This document shows positions 17,262-26,531 of a DNA stretch of 64,000 nucleotides, one piece after another (positions within the stretch are counted from its first letter, which is position 1; every line of letters begins with the position of its first letter). The stretch lies in assembly GCA_045596405.1 (NCBI GenBank), contig JAZOCJ010000036.1, positions 1,821 through 65,820 on the forward strand. The letters are read 5' to 3'. Source of the stretch: Faecousia sp. (GTDB lineage Bacteria; Bacillota; Clostridia; Oscillospirales; Oscillospiraceae). Both the position numbers and the translations under genes were made by a program. The notes beneath the pieces are model-generated. The model had not been told where the DNA came from and did no database searches. It saw only the letters and a list, made by a program, of their open reading frames with translations.

Positions 17262-18898
17262 AAAAATTACTGACAGCCATACTGTGCGCACTGCTGATTT
17301 GTCTGCTGGTTGTGCCTGTAGCGGCAGCACCCAATGCCAGTGTGACCATATCGTCCTCTGCAACCACACTGTACCGGGGCGATACCTTTACCGTTACGGC
17401 GGTACTGAACAATACAGACGAAATTGGTTTGGGAACAGTGCTGCTTCTTTACGACGACAGTATATTTGAAATGACCGGCGGCACTTGTGATGTGGAAGGT
17501 GCATTCGGTGAAGTGAAGCCGGGGCAACAAGTGGGAACATTTGTTGTTAACCCAAAGCAGGTTGTTTCCGGTAAAATCTTTACATTCCAAATGAAGGTAA
17601 AGGAGAATGCCGATTTCGGCACCCACAGCATCAATTCCAAGTCTAGCATAGGAGAAAATGATTTAATCCCGTCCTCGAGCATCCGGATCACGGTGGCTTG
17701 CCGGCACGATTATCAAAACTGCACCAAGGTGGACGATGGAAACCACCAGAGCACCTGCAAGACCTGTGGGGATGTGCTGAAGCAATCCCACAACTGGGTG
17801 GACACGGAGGTTTTGAAGGCAGCCGACTGCAAGGAGACCGGCAGCAAAAAGCAGGAATGCGCCGACTGCCACGCACAGCGGACGACGGATATTCCGCTCA
17901 CCGATACCCACGCCTTCGGCGCTTGGGAGAAAAAACCGGATGGCGCGACCCACGCCCGGGTATGCAGTGTGTGTCAGCGGGAGGAATCCCAGAATCACAC
18001 CTGGAATGCCGGCAAGGTGACCAAGAAAGCCACCTGCAAGGAGACCGGCACGAGAGTGCGCACCTGCACCGCTTGCGGTGCGCAAAAGACAGAGACCATC
18101 GCCAAGACCGGACACACCTATCCCAGCTATACGGAAGTAGACGGCAATGTGCATAAGGCGGTCTGTGCCGATTGCGGCAAGGAGCATACGGAAGCCCATA
18201 AGTTCGGAAAGGATTGGGCAGGTGATTCCAAAGATCACTACAAGCGCTGTTCCGACTGCGGCTATATTGCCGACCGGCAGGCGCACACCCCGGATACTGC
18301 CGGGGAAGTCTGTACGGTCTGTGGGCGCAATCTGCTGTCCGATCATATCCACAGTTTTGTGGAGCAATGGATCGGAGACGGCACAGGGCATTGGCATTTC
18401 TGCACGGAGTGTCTGGAGCGCAGCGATTTTGAAGCCCACGTCTATGACGATGCCTGTGACGCGAAATGCGACCTCTGCGGCACAAGGCGGGAGCCTCAGC
18501 ATCAGCCCAAGGAGGATTTTGAATCGGATAAGACCGGGCATTGGCATATTTGCGCCGACTGCGGAGAAAAGACCGGGTTTGCCGAACACATTCCCGGGGA
18601 CAAGGCCACCAACAGCAAGCCCCAGACCTGTACCGAGTGCGGCTTTGTGATCGCTCCGGTGCTTGCTCATGAGCATTATCCTAACAGCGTGCATACCCAT
18701 AGCTGCGAATGCGGAGAATATTATGTGGCGGATGCGGAAAATTGTGAGGTTTGCCGTGAGGCAAACAGACAATTCCCCTGGTGGATCATCTGCATTCTGG
18801 AAGCACTGGTGATCGCCGGCGCAGGGGCGTACTGGTTTTTGCAGATCAGACAGAGACCCGCACCTGTTCCTAACGACGACGAAGAAGAACTCTGGTAA
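17258..18898 (+). CDS. Membrane-anchored cohesin-domain protein with Cys/His-rich repeats
   Basis: Signal peptide; GDTFTVTAVL..LLYDDSIFE..IFTFQMKVKE cohesin-like domain; ~12 CxxC units with H..W..H; C-terminal TM helix and acidic tail; ATGA overlap with the upstream gene. Confidence 0.78.
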   Translation: MKKLLTAILCALLICLLVVPVAAAPNASVTISSSATTLYRGDTFTVTAVLNNTDEIGLGTVLLLYDDSIFEMTGGTCDVEGAFGEVKPGQQVGTFVVNPKQVVSGKIFTFQMKVKENADFGTHSINSKSSIGENDLIPSSSIRITVACRHDYQNCTKVDDGNHQSTCKTCGDVLKQSHNWVDTEVLKAADCKETGSKKQECADCHAQRTTDIPLTDTHAFGAWEKKPDGATHARVCSVCQREESQNHTWNAGKVTKKATCKETGTRVRTCTACGAQKTETIAKTGHTYPSYTEVDGNVHKAVCADCGKEHTEAHKFGKDWAGDSKDHYKRCSDCGYIADRQAHTPDTAGEVCTVCGRNLLSDHIHSFVEQWIGDGTGHWHFCTECLERSDFEAHVYDDACDAKCDLCGTRREPQHQPKEDFESDKTGHWHICADCGEKTGFAEHIPGDKATNSKPQTCTECGFVIAPVLAHEHYPNSVHTHSCECGEYYVADAENCEVCREANRQFPWWIICILEALVIAGAGAYWFLQIRQRPAPVPNDDEEELW

Positions 18899-18951
18899 AT
18901 AAAAAACAAGAGGGTGTTGCGATGGTTCGCAACACCCTCCTTATAACCTTT

Positions 18952-19023
18952 GTAGGGCGGGGGCTTGCCCCCGCCGCAAATCATCGCTTAATTAAATTCG
19001 GCGGGGGCAAGCCCCCGCCCTAC
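18952..19023. repeat. REPIN (inverted REP pair) of the RAYT-flanking type
   Basis: GTAGGGCGGGGGCTTGCCCCCGCCG-spacer-CGGCGGGGGCAAGCCCCCGCCCTAC. Confidence 0.9.
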
Positions 19024-19053
19024 AAGAGGTGCTATTTTTATAGAAAAAGCATA

Positions 19054-19416
19054 TTATGTTTCCAGATACGCCTTGATGGCGGCAAAGGTGGCGTCGCTGA
19101 TCACGTGCTCGATCTTGCAGGCATCCTCCGAGGCAATCGATTCCTCTACACCGAGCCGAACCAAGAGCCCGGTCAGAACGGTGTGCCGTTCAAAGATATT
19201 TTTGGCAACGCGGCTGCCATCGTCTGTCAGGGTGAGGAAGCCGTCCTTGTCCGTGACCACATAGCCTGCCTGCTTCAGCAGGCCCACCGCCCGGCTGACG
19301 CTGGGCTTGGAATAGCCCATTTCCTCTGCCACATCGATGCTTCGGACGGATGTATTTTTCTGGGAAAGAAGGTAGATCGTCTCGAGGTACATTTCGGCAG
19401 ATTCGTGCAAAGCCAT
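19054..19416 (-). CDS. DtxR/MntR-family metal-dependent repressor
   Basis: SAEMYLETI, KPSVSRAV, ERH, EDACKIEHVIS. Confidence 0.95.
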   Translation of the reverse strand: MALHESAEMYLETIYLLSQKNTSVRSIDVAEEMGYSKPSVSRAVGLLKQAGYVVTDKDGFLTLTDDGSRVAKNIFERHTVLTGLLVRLGVEESIASEDACKIEHVISDATFAAIKAYLET

Positions 19417-19528
19417 AAGCTGATTCCTCCGGATAGTTCCAGTTTATTCGTATTATACTGTATTTTTCGGAGGAATGCAAGTGCGTGGTTACAGGGCAAG
19501 CTGCTGACAAAATTTTCAAAAAAAGGTA

Positions 19529-19582
19529 TTGACAAACTGGGCACCTGGGGTTATTATAAGGTGGCAGTTAGCAGAGGCTAAC
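19529..19582 (+). promoter_or_regulatory. feo promoter with DtxR-type operator
   Basis: TTGACA-17bp-TATTAT, then palindrome GTTAGCAGAGGCTAAC (19567-19582); second box GTTAGCAGAGGGTAAC at 19876-19891. Confidence 0.75.
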
Positions 19583-19613
19583 GAACAAGTGTGACAGAGC
19601 CAGGTGATATAGA

Positions 19614-19829
19614 ATGAATTTGATAACGGCACAGGAAGGCAAAGAATATATCATCCAGCGGATCGAGACTGATGACGAAGAACTCAACGCATTCCTTTTT
19701 TCCCTGGGTTGCTACAGCGGGGAGCCGATCACGGTGGTCTCCCGGCGCAGGGGCAGCTGTGTGGTAGCCGTGAAGGACGGCAGATACAGCATTGATGAGC
19801 AGTTGGCAGAGGCAATCGTGGTTGTCTGA
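19614..19829 (+). CDS. feoA: Ferrous iron transport protein A
   Basis: FLFSLGCYSGEPITVV..VKDGRYSI; upstream of feoB. Confidence 0.93.
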   Translation: MNLITAQEGKEYIIQRIETDDEELNAFLFSLGCYSGEPITVVSRRRGSCVVAVKDGRYSIDEQLAEAIVVV

Positions 19830-19917
19830 CAGGCAAACCCACGGGAAGCATCCGCCAATTGCCTTTTGCGTGGGAGTTAGCAGAGGGTAACCGTAAAACC
19901 GTAAGGAGGAAACAAAA

Positions 19918-21963
19918 ATGAGAATTGCATTTGCGGGCAATCCCAACAGCGGGAAGACCACAATGTATAATGCCCTGACCGGTCGTAACGAAAAGGTCGG
20001 CAACTGGGCAGGCGTTACAGTTGACAAGAAAGAGGCGTCTATCAGGAAGGCGTATGCAGGCGATCTGGAGCTGACCGCCGTAGATCTTCCCGGTGCGTAT
20101 TCTATGTCTCCCTTCACATCCGAAGAGAGCATTACCAGCGCTTATGTAAAGAACGAGCACCCGGATGTGATCATCAACATCGTGGATGCCACCAACTTAA
20201 GCCGCAGCCTGTTCTTTACCACTCAGCTGCTGGAGCTGGGCGTGCCTGTGGTGGTGGCGCTGAACAAGGCGGATATTAACGAGAAGAAAGAGACGGTCAT
20301 TGACACAGCGACCCTGTCTCAAAAATTGGGCTGTCCTGTGGTAGAGACCGTATCCACCCACGCGGAGGGCTTGCGGGAATTGGTCGCCGCGGCTGTGGCG
20401 CAGGCAGGTGTGGAGCAGCAAGCGCCTTATACCCAAGGCGTCATCGATCTGACCAGTAAGCAGGCGGTGGAAGCGGCGGACAGAAAGCGGTTTGCGTTCG
20501 TCAATAAGATCGTGGCGAAGGTGGAGACCCGCAAGATCCGTACCCGGGACAAAAACTACCAGGATACCATCGATGCGGTGCTGACCCATCCGGTTGCGGG
20601 CTTGCCCATTTTCGCGGTGGTGATGTTTCTGGTGTTCCAGATCTCTCAGGCTTGGCTGGGCCCCTGGATCGCCGAGGGCTACGAATTTGAAAACGGTGCG
20701 GTGATCCCCGGACTGGTTACCCTGATCGATGCATTTAAGGCGTGGGTCACAGGACTGCTGGAGAGCGCCAATGCCAACGCGTTCCTGGCAGCGCTGCTTA
20801 CCGAAGGCATTATCGGCGGCGTTAGTGCGGTGGTGGGCTTCTTGCCTCTGGTCATGGTGATGTATTTCCTCATCGCCCTGCTGGAGGACTGCGGCTATAT
20901 GGCTCGTGCCACAGTCGTTCTGGATCCTATCTTCAAGAAGGTCGGTCTTTCCGGCAAATCCGTGATCCCCTTTGTTATCGGCACAGGCTGTGCCACCCCC
21001 GGTGTGATGGCTGCCCGTACCATCCGCAATGAGCGGGAGCGCAACGCCACCGCTATGCTGGCGCCCTTTATGCCCTGCGGCGCAAAGCTGCCGGTGATCG
21101 CCCTGTTTGCCGGTGCGTTTTTCGATAAAGCTTCCTGGGTGGGTACGCTGATGTATTTCGTGGGCATCGCGCTGATCCTGCTGGGGGCGCTGCTGGTGAA
21201 CAGGATCGCAGGCTATAAGAACCGCAAGTCCTTCTTCATTATGGAGCTGCCGGAATACAAGCTGCCCTCCCTGAAGCGGGCCTGTCTGTCTATGCTCAGC
21301 CGTGGCTGGTCGTACATCGTCAAGGCAGGCACAGTCATCCTGCTGTGCAACGCCGTGGTCTACATTATGCAGGCCTTCAACTGGCAGTTTCAGCTGGTGG
21401 AGGAGGGTATGGAGAGCACCTCCATTCTGGCGTCCATCGCCAGCCCCATGGCTGTGGTGCTGGTGCCTGTGATCGGCGTGGCTGCGTGGCAGCTGGCTGC
21501 CGCTGCGGTTACCGGCTTTGTCGCCAAGGAAAATGTGGTGGGCACATTGGCGGTCTGCTTTGGCATTTCCAATCTCATCGATACGGATGCCCTGGAAATG
21601 GTGGAGGGTGCGGGTGCGGAGATCGCCGCGATCTTCGGCATCACCAAAGTAGCAGCCCTGGCATACCTGATGTTTAACCTGTTTACGCCCCCCTGCTTTG
21701 CGGCTATGGGCGCGATGAACGCCGAGATCAGCCAGAAAAAGTGGCTGTGGGGCGGCATCGGTTTGCAGCTTGGCACAGGCTATACCGTTGGGTATCTTGT
21801 TTATACCGTGGGCACACTGATCACCGCTCCCGCAACATTGAATGTGGGCGCGGCTGTGGGCGGAGGGCTGTTTGTGCTTGCCTTTGCCGGGATTCTTACA
21901 TACCTGTGCGCCAATGCGGATAAGAAGGTCAAGGCAGAATATGCCCTTAGCGGAAAGAGGTAA
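19918..21963 (+). CDS. feoB: Ferrous iron transport protein B
   Basis: GNPNSGKTT, GNWAGVTVD, DLPG, NKAD, LEDCGYMAR, MPCGAKLP, FTPPC. Confidence 0.98.
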   Translation: MRIAFAGNPNSGKTTMYNALTGRNEKVGNWAGVTVDKKEASIRKAYAGDLELTAVDLPGAYSMSPFTSEESITSAYVKNEHPDVIINIVDATNLSRSLFFTTQLLELGVPVVVALNKADINEKKETVIDTATLSQKLGCPVVETVSTHAEGLRELVAAAVAQAGVEQQAPYTQGVIDLTSKQAVEAADRKRFAFVNKIVAKVETRKIRTRDKNYQDTIDAVLTHPVAGLPIFAVVMFLVFQISQAWLGPWIAEGYEFENGAVIPGLVTLIDAFKAWVTGLLESANANAFLAALLTEGIIGGVSAVVGFLPLVMVMYFLIALLEDCGYMARATVVLDPIFKKVGLSGKSVIPFVIGTGCATPGVMAARTIRNERERNATAMLAPFMPCGAKLPVIALFAGAFFDKASWVGTLMYFVGIALILLGALLVNRIAGYKNRKSFFIMELPEYKLPSLKRACLSMLSRGWSYIVKAGTVILLCNAVVYIMQAFNWQFQLVEEGMESTSILASIASPMAVVLVPVIGVAAWQLAAAAVTGFVAKENVVGTLAVCFGISNLIDTDALEMVEGAGAEIAAIFGITKVAALAYLMFNLFTPPCFAAMGAMNAEISQKKWLWGGIGLQLGTGYTVGYLVYTVGTLITAPATLNVGAAVGGGLFVLAFAGILTYLCANADKKVKAEYALSGKR

Positions 21964-21965
21964 CT

Positions 21966-22118
21966 ATGGGCTTTGTTGATTATGCCATGATTGCCGTGAT
22001 CGTGCTGATCATCGGCGCTGCGGTATGGTATGTCCGCAGGGCGAAAAAGAAAGGCAGAAAATGCATCGGCTGCCCGGAAAACTGCGCCGGCTGCAGCGGC
22101 AACTGCGGAAGAAAATAG
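21966..22118 (+). CDS. FeoB-associated Cys-rich membrane peptide (50 aa)
   Basis: MGFVDYAMIAVIVLIIGAAVWYVRRAKKKGRKCIGCPENCAGCSGNCGRK; not in the ORF track. Confidence 0.9.
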   Translation: MGFVDYAMIAVIVLIIGAAVWYVRRAKKKGRKCIGCPENCAGCSGNCGRK

Positions 22119-22253
22119 AGACAAGGAGGTGTTGCACTGCAACACCTCCTAAAACTGTACTACGAACCCAGGCAAAATTGCAAGGCAGCCGTACCTTCTC
22201 CATTCCATTTGACCGCAACTGCGTGGCTAATGTGTTCTACAATAATGCTAAAT

Positions 22254-23132
22254 TTATTTGGTAGAAAATTTGATGGGATCAGTTTCCGCAATCTTTTCGT
22301 ATGTGTCGCTGTTACGTATTTGGAAAGATACCTCGATTTCATCCACAGAAGTGATACTGTTGTTTTCCAAATCGGAGGACAAAATCGTGATCGTATCCAC
22401 AGCCATTTTCCCTGCATAAATATCACTGTAGAAAAGCGGAGTGACCATAAAACCGTTGATAGACATATTATCACAAGACACGGTGATATTTTTATCTGTT
22501 GTATTTTCCAGGTACAGTAGCACTGCTGTTCCCCAGAAACTGTTTTCCTCAACAAATTTACCGACAATCCTGATGCCGTCCTTGTTGTACAGTTCTGCTC
22601 CTACATCGGCGGAAGTAGTATCCATATTGGCAAAAGCAGATGTTTTGATCGTTACGGGGTCGGCATTAAAAACATTCTGATAGGTATCTGTGTCAAAGAC
22701 ACGGAGATAGAGTTCAATTTGTCCAACATTATTGATACCAGCAGCCTCCAGTGCGGAAGATGAGAGATAAATCGTATCATTGGCCTTTTTTCCTGCTGCT
22801 ACATCACAAGAAAACAGGTCGGTGATCATATAGTTGTTCACGATCAATGCGTTGCAGCCAACACCAAGATTTTTGTCGCTGTTGTTCTCTACCAGCACCT
22901 TGATTCCATCGCCCCAGATGCTGTCCTCAACATATTCTTTTGCTGTGACCTTAATACCGTCGCGGTCAAGCAAAATCTGCTCTTCGATGGTAATGGCAAC
23001 AGACTGCTCGCCGTTGTCACCGCCTACGATGTCCTTTCCTCCATCATCCGAGGAAGACCCGCTTCCCAATGCCATTCCGGCGAAAATCAATAACGCCAAA
23101 ACTAGGCAAAGAATTTTTTTAATACTCTTCAT
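22254..23132 (-). CDS. Exported hypothetical protein with two tandem ~130-aa homologous domains
   Basis: Signal-like N-terminus; DGIKV..ENNSDKNL..NNYMIT..AGKKA is repeated as DGIRI..ENTTDKNI..NGFMVT..AGKMA; AT-rich. Confidence 0.8.
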   Translation of the reverse strand: MKSIKKILCLVLALLIFAGMALGSGSSSDDGGKDIVGGDNGEQSVAITIEEQILLDRDGIKVTAKEYVEDSIWGDGIKVLVENNSDKNLGVGCNALIVNNYMITDLFSCDVAAGKKANDTIYLSSSALEAAGINNVGQIELYLRVFDTDTYQNVFNADPVTIKTSAFANMDTTSADVGAELYNKDGIRIVGKFVEENSFWGTAVLLYLENTTDKNITVSCDNMSINGFMVTPLFYSDIYAGKMAVDTITILSSDLENNSITSVDEIEVSFQIRNSDTYEKIAETDPIKFSTK

Positions 23133-23559
23133 TTCTATAACTCCTTGCGTTTTTTATTTGTAGCGTTGCCAACGCTGTTGCGCAAACTTCAAATAACATA
23201 TCTAACCAGTCAAATGTTCCTGATATGAGACCGGCTCCCTGGGAAAATTCAATCCCTACTTCAAATACTACACAAATTATCGTAGGGAGAATCCATACTC
23301 CCTCTTTCCGCCAGATCATACTCACCGTAAATGTCAAGGCATATGCCCATAAAATATCTGCCAAAAAACCGGTGAGAAATACTCTTAACCAACCGGGCAG
23401 CACCTCTAACGAAGCAAATAGCTGCCGATCCATTTTCAAGGATCTATATAAAATCCGGGAAATATAGGAATCCGGTCGACAAACAAAATACACAATGACT
23501 CCAACACAAAGAGGAATGAAAATATTTCGGCACCAGTAGCGGAGCTCCATTCTTTTCAT
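23119..23559 (-). CDS. Small membrane protein (VanZ-like C-terminal signature)
   Basis: DILWAYAL, EFSQ..GTFDWLD; GAGGTG RBS. Confidence 0.7.
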   Translation of the reverse strand: MKRMELRYWCRNIFIPLCVGVIVYFVCRPDSYISRILYRSLKMDRQLFASLEVLPGWLRVFLTGFLADILWAYALTFTVSMIWRKEGVWILPTIICVVFEVGIEFSQGAGLISGTFDWLDMLFEVCATALATLQIKNARSYRNEEY

Positions 23560-23600
23560 ATCGCACCTCATCATCCTGTGCTTTATATGCTTTTTAGTAT

Positions 23601-23647
23601 ATGACGGGTTGTCATAATTGTCAAGCAAAAATATGACATAATGTCAT
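23601..23647. promoter_or_regulatory. Pair of candidate XRE operators
   Basis: ATGAC-N5-GTCAT at 23601-23615 and 23633-23647, between divergent genes. Confidence 0.6.
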
Positions 23648-23658
23648 TGGGTGATGGT

Positions 23659-23871
23659 ATGCAGAACAGACTAAAGGCACTGCGAAAAAGTAGAGGATAT
23701 ACACAAGTTTCTCTACAAATGCAAACCGGAATTGAGCAGGCTTTGCTTTCTAAATTTGAAAATGGCGAGCGAGTGCCGCCAACTGAAACGCTAGTGCGAT
23801 TGGCAGAGTTTTATAACGTGAGCATTGATTATATCCTTTGCCGAACAGATAGACCTGAAATAAATAGATAA
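23659..23871 (+). CDS. XRE-family HTH regulator
   Basis: RLKALRK..TQ..LSKFENGERVP..LAEFYNVSIDYIL. Confidence 0.93.
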   Translation: MQNRLKALRKSRGYTQVSLQMQTGIEQALLSKFENGERVPPTETLVRLAEFYNVSIDYILCRTDRPEINR

Positions 23872-23918
23872 GCTGGATGATTTTGAGAGTCATCCAGCTT
23901 GTTTTTCTTTTTTATTTT

Positions 23919-23946
23919 GTAGGGCGGGGGCAAGCCCCCGCCCTAC
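23919..23946. repeat. Self-complementary REP
   Basis: GTAGGGCGGGGGC-AA-GCCCCCGCCCTAC between convergent genes. Confidence 0.88.
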
Positions 23947-23962
23947 AGATAGAGTTCTTATA

Positions 23963-24982
23963 TCAGCGTAGGCGGCTGTATACCTTCTGCAAAATGCCGA
24001 TGAGGGCGTGGGACACCGGGGCAAGGATCATATCCATCTGTCCGGCGTATTCCACGAACCGGGCATCGAAGCCTTGCTTGAACCGGTGCAGACCGTAATG
24101 GGGATTTTCCGGGACAGGGTCGCCTTCCACACCGCGGAAATCGTAGATCTTACAGCCCCGGCGCAGAGCCCGGCAGATCATCTCCCACTGCATCAGGTAG
24201 TTGGGCATATGCTCCCGTCCCTTGTTAAAGGAGCAGCCGTAGACATACCAGGAAGATGCCCCTTGGGTGATCTGGATGGCACCGGCAAGGATCTGTCCGT
24301 CCTTTTCCGCAAACAGCAGACTTGCGGCCTCTCCGAAGGATTCCAGCAGCGCCTGGTAGAATGCCACGCTTTTGGCAGAAAAGCCGTCCCGGCTGGCAGT
24401 CTCCAGCATCATATCCCGGAAAATGGGCAGCTCGTCTGCTGTTCCCTCCCGGATGGTCACCCCCCGGCGCTGTGCCAGACGGATATTATACCGGGTTTTG
24501 GAGTGGAAACGGCTGAGCAGTTCTTCTTCGGTCAGCCCTGCCAGATCGGTGACATAGACCTTTCTTGCGATAAAGGTGGAATAGTCATCCCGGGGGTCAA
24601 AGCGGAAGCCCAGAGCTTCTGCGTCCTTGCGAAAGGCGGTATCGTCGGCTAAGATCGCCGGGTCGATGCGCAGCAGATACCCGCCATTTTTCCGGCAGTA
24701 ATCCCGGGCGACCCCGATGATCTCCCGAAAGGCCTCCGGGGTGGAGAACACAGGACCCCGGGGGGCGTAATACATCCGCTTTCCGGAAAACCGGACAGGA
24801 CGGGAGTGGAGCGCCATAGAGGCGTAGATCTCTCCGTTATCATCCTTTAGCACAATGCCGTGCCAGGCGTAATCCGGGCGGCTTTTGCCGTAGCGGGTGG
24901 TTTGCATATAGTGCCCACGGGGGTGGGAGATGACAAACCGGTCCAGTTCCCCGGCTTGCTCCAGCGTCAGATGTTCGATCAT
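23963..24982 (-). CDS. FemAB/FemX-family peptidoglycan aminoacyl-tRNA transferase
   Basis: YAPRGP, LRIDP, KTRYNIRLAQRRGV, YDFRGV, GLHRFKQGF, EYAG. Confidence 0.92.
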   Translation of the reverse strand: MIEHLTLEQAGELDRFVISHPRGHYMQTTRYGKSRPDYAWHGIVLKDDNGEIYASMALHSRPVRFSGKRMYYAPRGPVFSTPEAFREIIGVARDYCRKNGGYLLRIDPAILADDTAFRKDAEALGFRFDPRDDYSTFIARKVYVTDLAGLTEEELLSRFHSKTRYNIRLAQRRGVTIREGTADELPIFRDMMLETASRDGFSAKSVAFYQALLESFGEAASLLFAEKDGQILAGAIQITQGASSWYVYGCSFNKGREHMPNYLMQWEMICRALRRGCKIYDFRGVEGDPVPENPHYGLHRFKQGFDARFVEYAGQMDMILAPVSHALIGILQKVYSRLR

Positions 24983-26376
24983 AGGGTGACCTCCTCAGGG
25001 GCGGCTTGCTGCTGTGCCGCCTGCTTGATTTTGCGTATCATAAACAGGGCGATGGGGATCGCCAGAGCCAGACTCAGCACATCTGCCAGTGCCTGCACTG
25101 AGACCACACCGTATTCGCCGAACAGGGATACCAGCGGATATAATAGCGGCAGCATACAGCTGCCCTGCCGGGCGGTGGCGAGCAGAAATGCACCGCCTGC
25201 ATTGCCCAGACCTGCGCACAGCATATTCACCACAGCCACCCAGGCGTGGACAGGCAGTGCGATGGACTGCAGGATGATACAGATCGCGCCGATCCTGCGC
25301 ATTTCCGGGTCTGTTCCCGCAAACAACACGATAATGGGGTCAGCGAACACGATCAGCAGTCCCGCCATAATCACAGAGCCGATCAGTGCCACCGCAGAGG
25401 AAAAGCGGTAGCTTTCCATTACCCGGTCATAGCATTTTGCGCCCCAATTGAAACCCGCCACCGGCTGAAAGCCCGTGCCGAAGCCCAGAATAATGCTGAA
25501 GGGGAACATCATAATCTTGGTGCATACGCCGATGCCCGCAAGGACAGAGTCGGAGAAATTTCCTGCGATGTCATTGAGCAGGATGCCGGAGACCACGGCT
25601 AAACCGTTACGGAACATAGAGGAAGAGCCTACCCGGACGATCTGCCCGACAATGTCCCCGGAAATATGGAAATTCCGGATGGACAGGTGCAGAATGCTCC
25701 GCCGGGTCAGGTACGGGAAAATCAAAATTGCGAAGCTGACAAATTTGGAAATGGCGGTAGCAAGGGAAGCGCCGGCAACGCCCATATCCAGACCGAAGAT
25801 GAAGATGGGGTCAAGAATACAGTTGAGAATGCCGCCGAAGCCCATACCCACCATAGACAAGGTGGCGCTGCCCTCGGAGCGCAGGCACTGATTCATCACA
25901 AAGCTGGTCGCCATAAAGGGGGCGGCAAACAGCACATAGGTGGCATAGTCGATGGAATACTGCTCGCAGGTAGGGGTCGCACCCAGCAGGCGCACCATAG
26001 GCGTCATAAAGCTGATGCCCAGGATCATCAGCAGGCTGCCAAGACCTGCTGCCAGGAAAAAGGCGGTGGAAAGCACCTGGCTGGCTTTCTTTCCGTTATT
26101 CTCTCCCAGCAGGCGGGCAATATAGCTGTTGGCGCCCACAGCCAGCATAGAGCCGGCCATCATGATCAGCTGATCCAGGGATGCGTTGACGCTCACCGCC
26201 GCCGTGGCATTGGTGCCCAGGGAACTGACGAAATAGGTGTCCGCCAGAGAATAGATGGAGTTGATCAAAAAGGCGACGATGGTGGGGATCGCCATTTTGG
26301 GTATGACCCGGGAGATGGGCTCGTTGCGCAGCATCAGCTGCCGCTGCTCCTGCCGGGATACTTCTTTGCTGTCCAA
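24979..26376 (-). CDS. MATE-family (MOP superfamily) transporter
   Basis: AIPTI..YSLADTYFV, LRSEG, NCILDPIFIF, QPVAGFNWGAK. Confidence 0.93.
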   Translation of the reverse strand: MDSKEVSRQEQRQLMLRNEPISRVIPKMAIPTIVAFLINSIYSLADTYFVSSLGTNATAAVSVNASLDQLIMMAGSMLAVGANSYIARLLGENNGKKASQVLSTAFFLAAGLGSLLMILGISFMTPMVRLLGATPTCEQYSIDYATYVLFAAPFMATSFVMNQCLRSEGSATLSMVGMGFGGILNCILDPIFIFGLDMGVAGASLATAISKFVSFAILIFPYLTRRSILHLSIRNFHISGDIVGQIVRVGSSSMFRNGLAVVSGILLNDIAGNFSDSVLAGIGVCTKIMMFPFSIILGFGTGFQPVAGFNWGAKCYDRVMESYRFSSAVALIGSVIMAGLLIVFADPIIVLFAGTDPEMRRIGAICIILQSIALPVHAWVAVVNMLCAGLGNAGGAFLLATARQGSCMLPLLYPLVSLFGEYGVVSVQALADVLSLALAIPIALFMIRKIKQAAQQQAAPEEVTL

Positions 26377-26531
26377 AAAAATCGCCTCTGTTTCTGTTTT
26401 TTTCTATTGTACCACAAATCAGAGGATTCGCAAGGCATTTTGTTACAAAAGGTTTACACAAATCGTGTTGATAAACCGCAGGTGTGGTGTTACACTATCA
26501 ATAGAATGGAAAAAATCGGCTTAGGAGGCAT

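Noticed and set aside
17258-18898. Multiheme cytochrome c
   Set aside because: Only one CxxCH (CADCH); the other CxxC units have His upstream, consistent with zinc-ribbon-like repeats.
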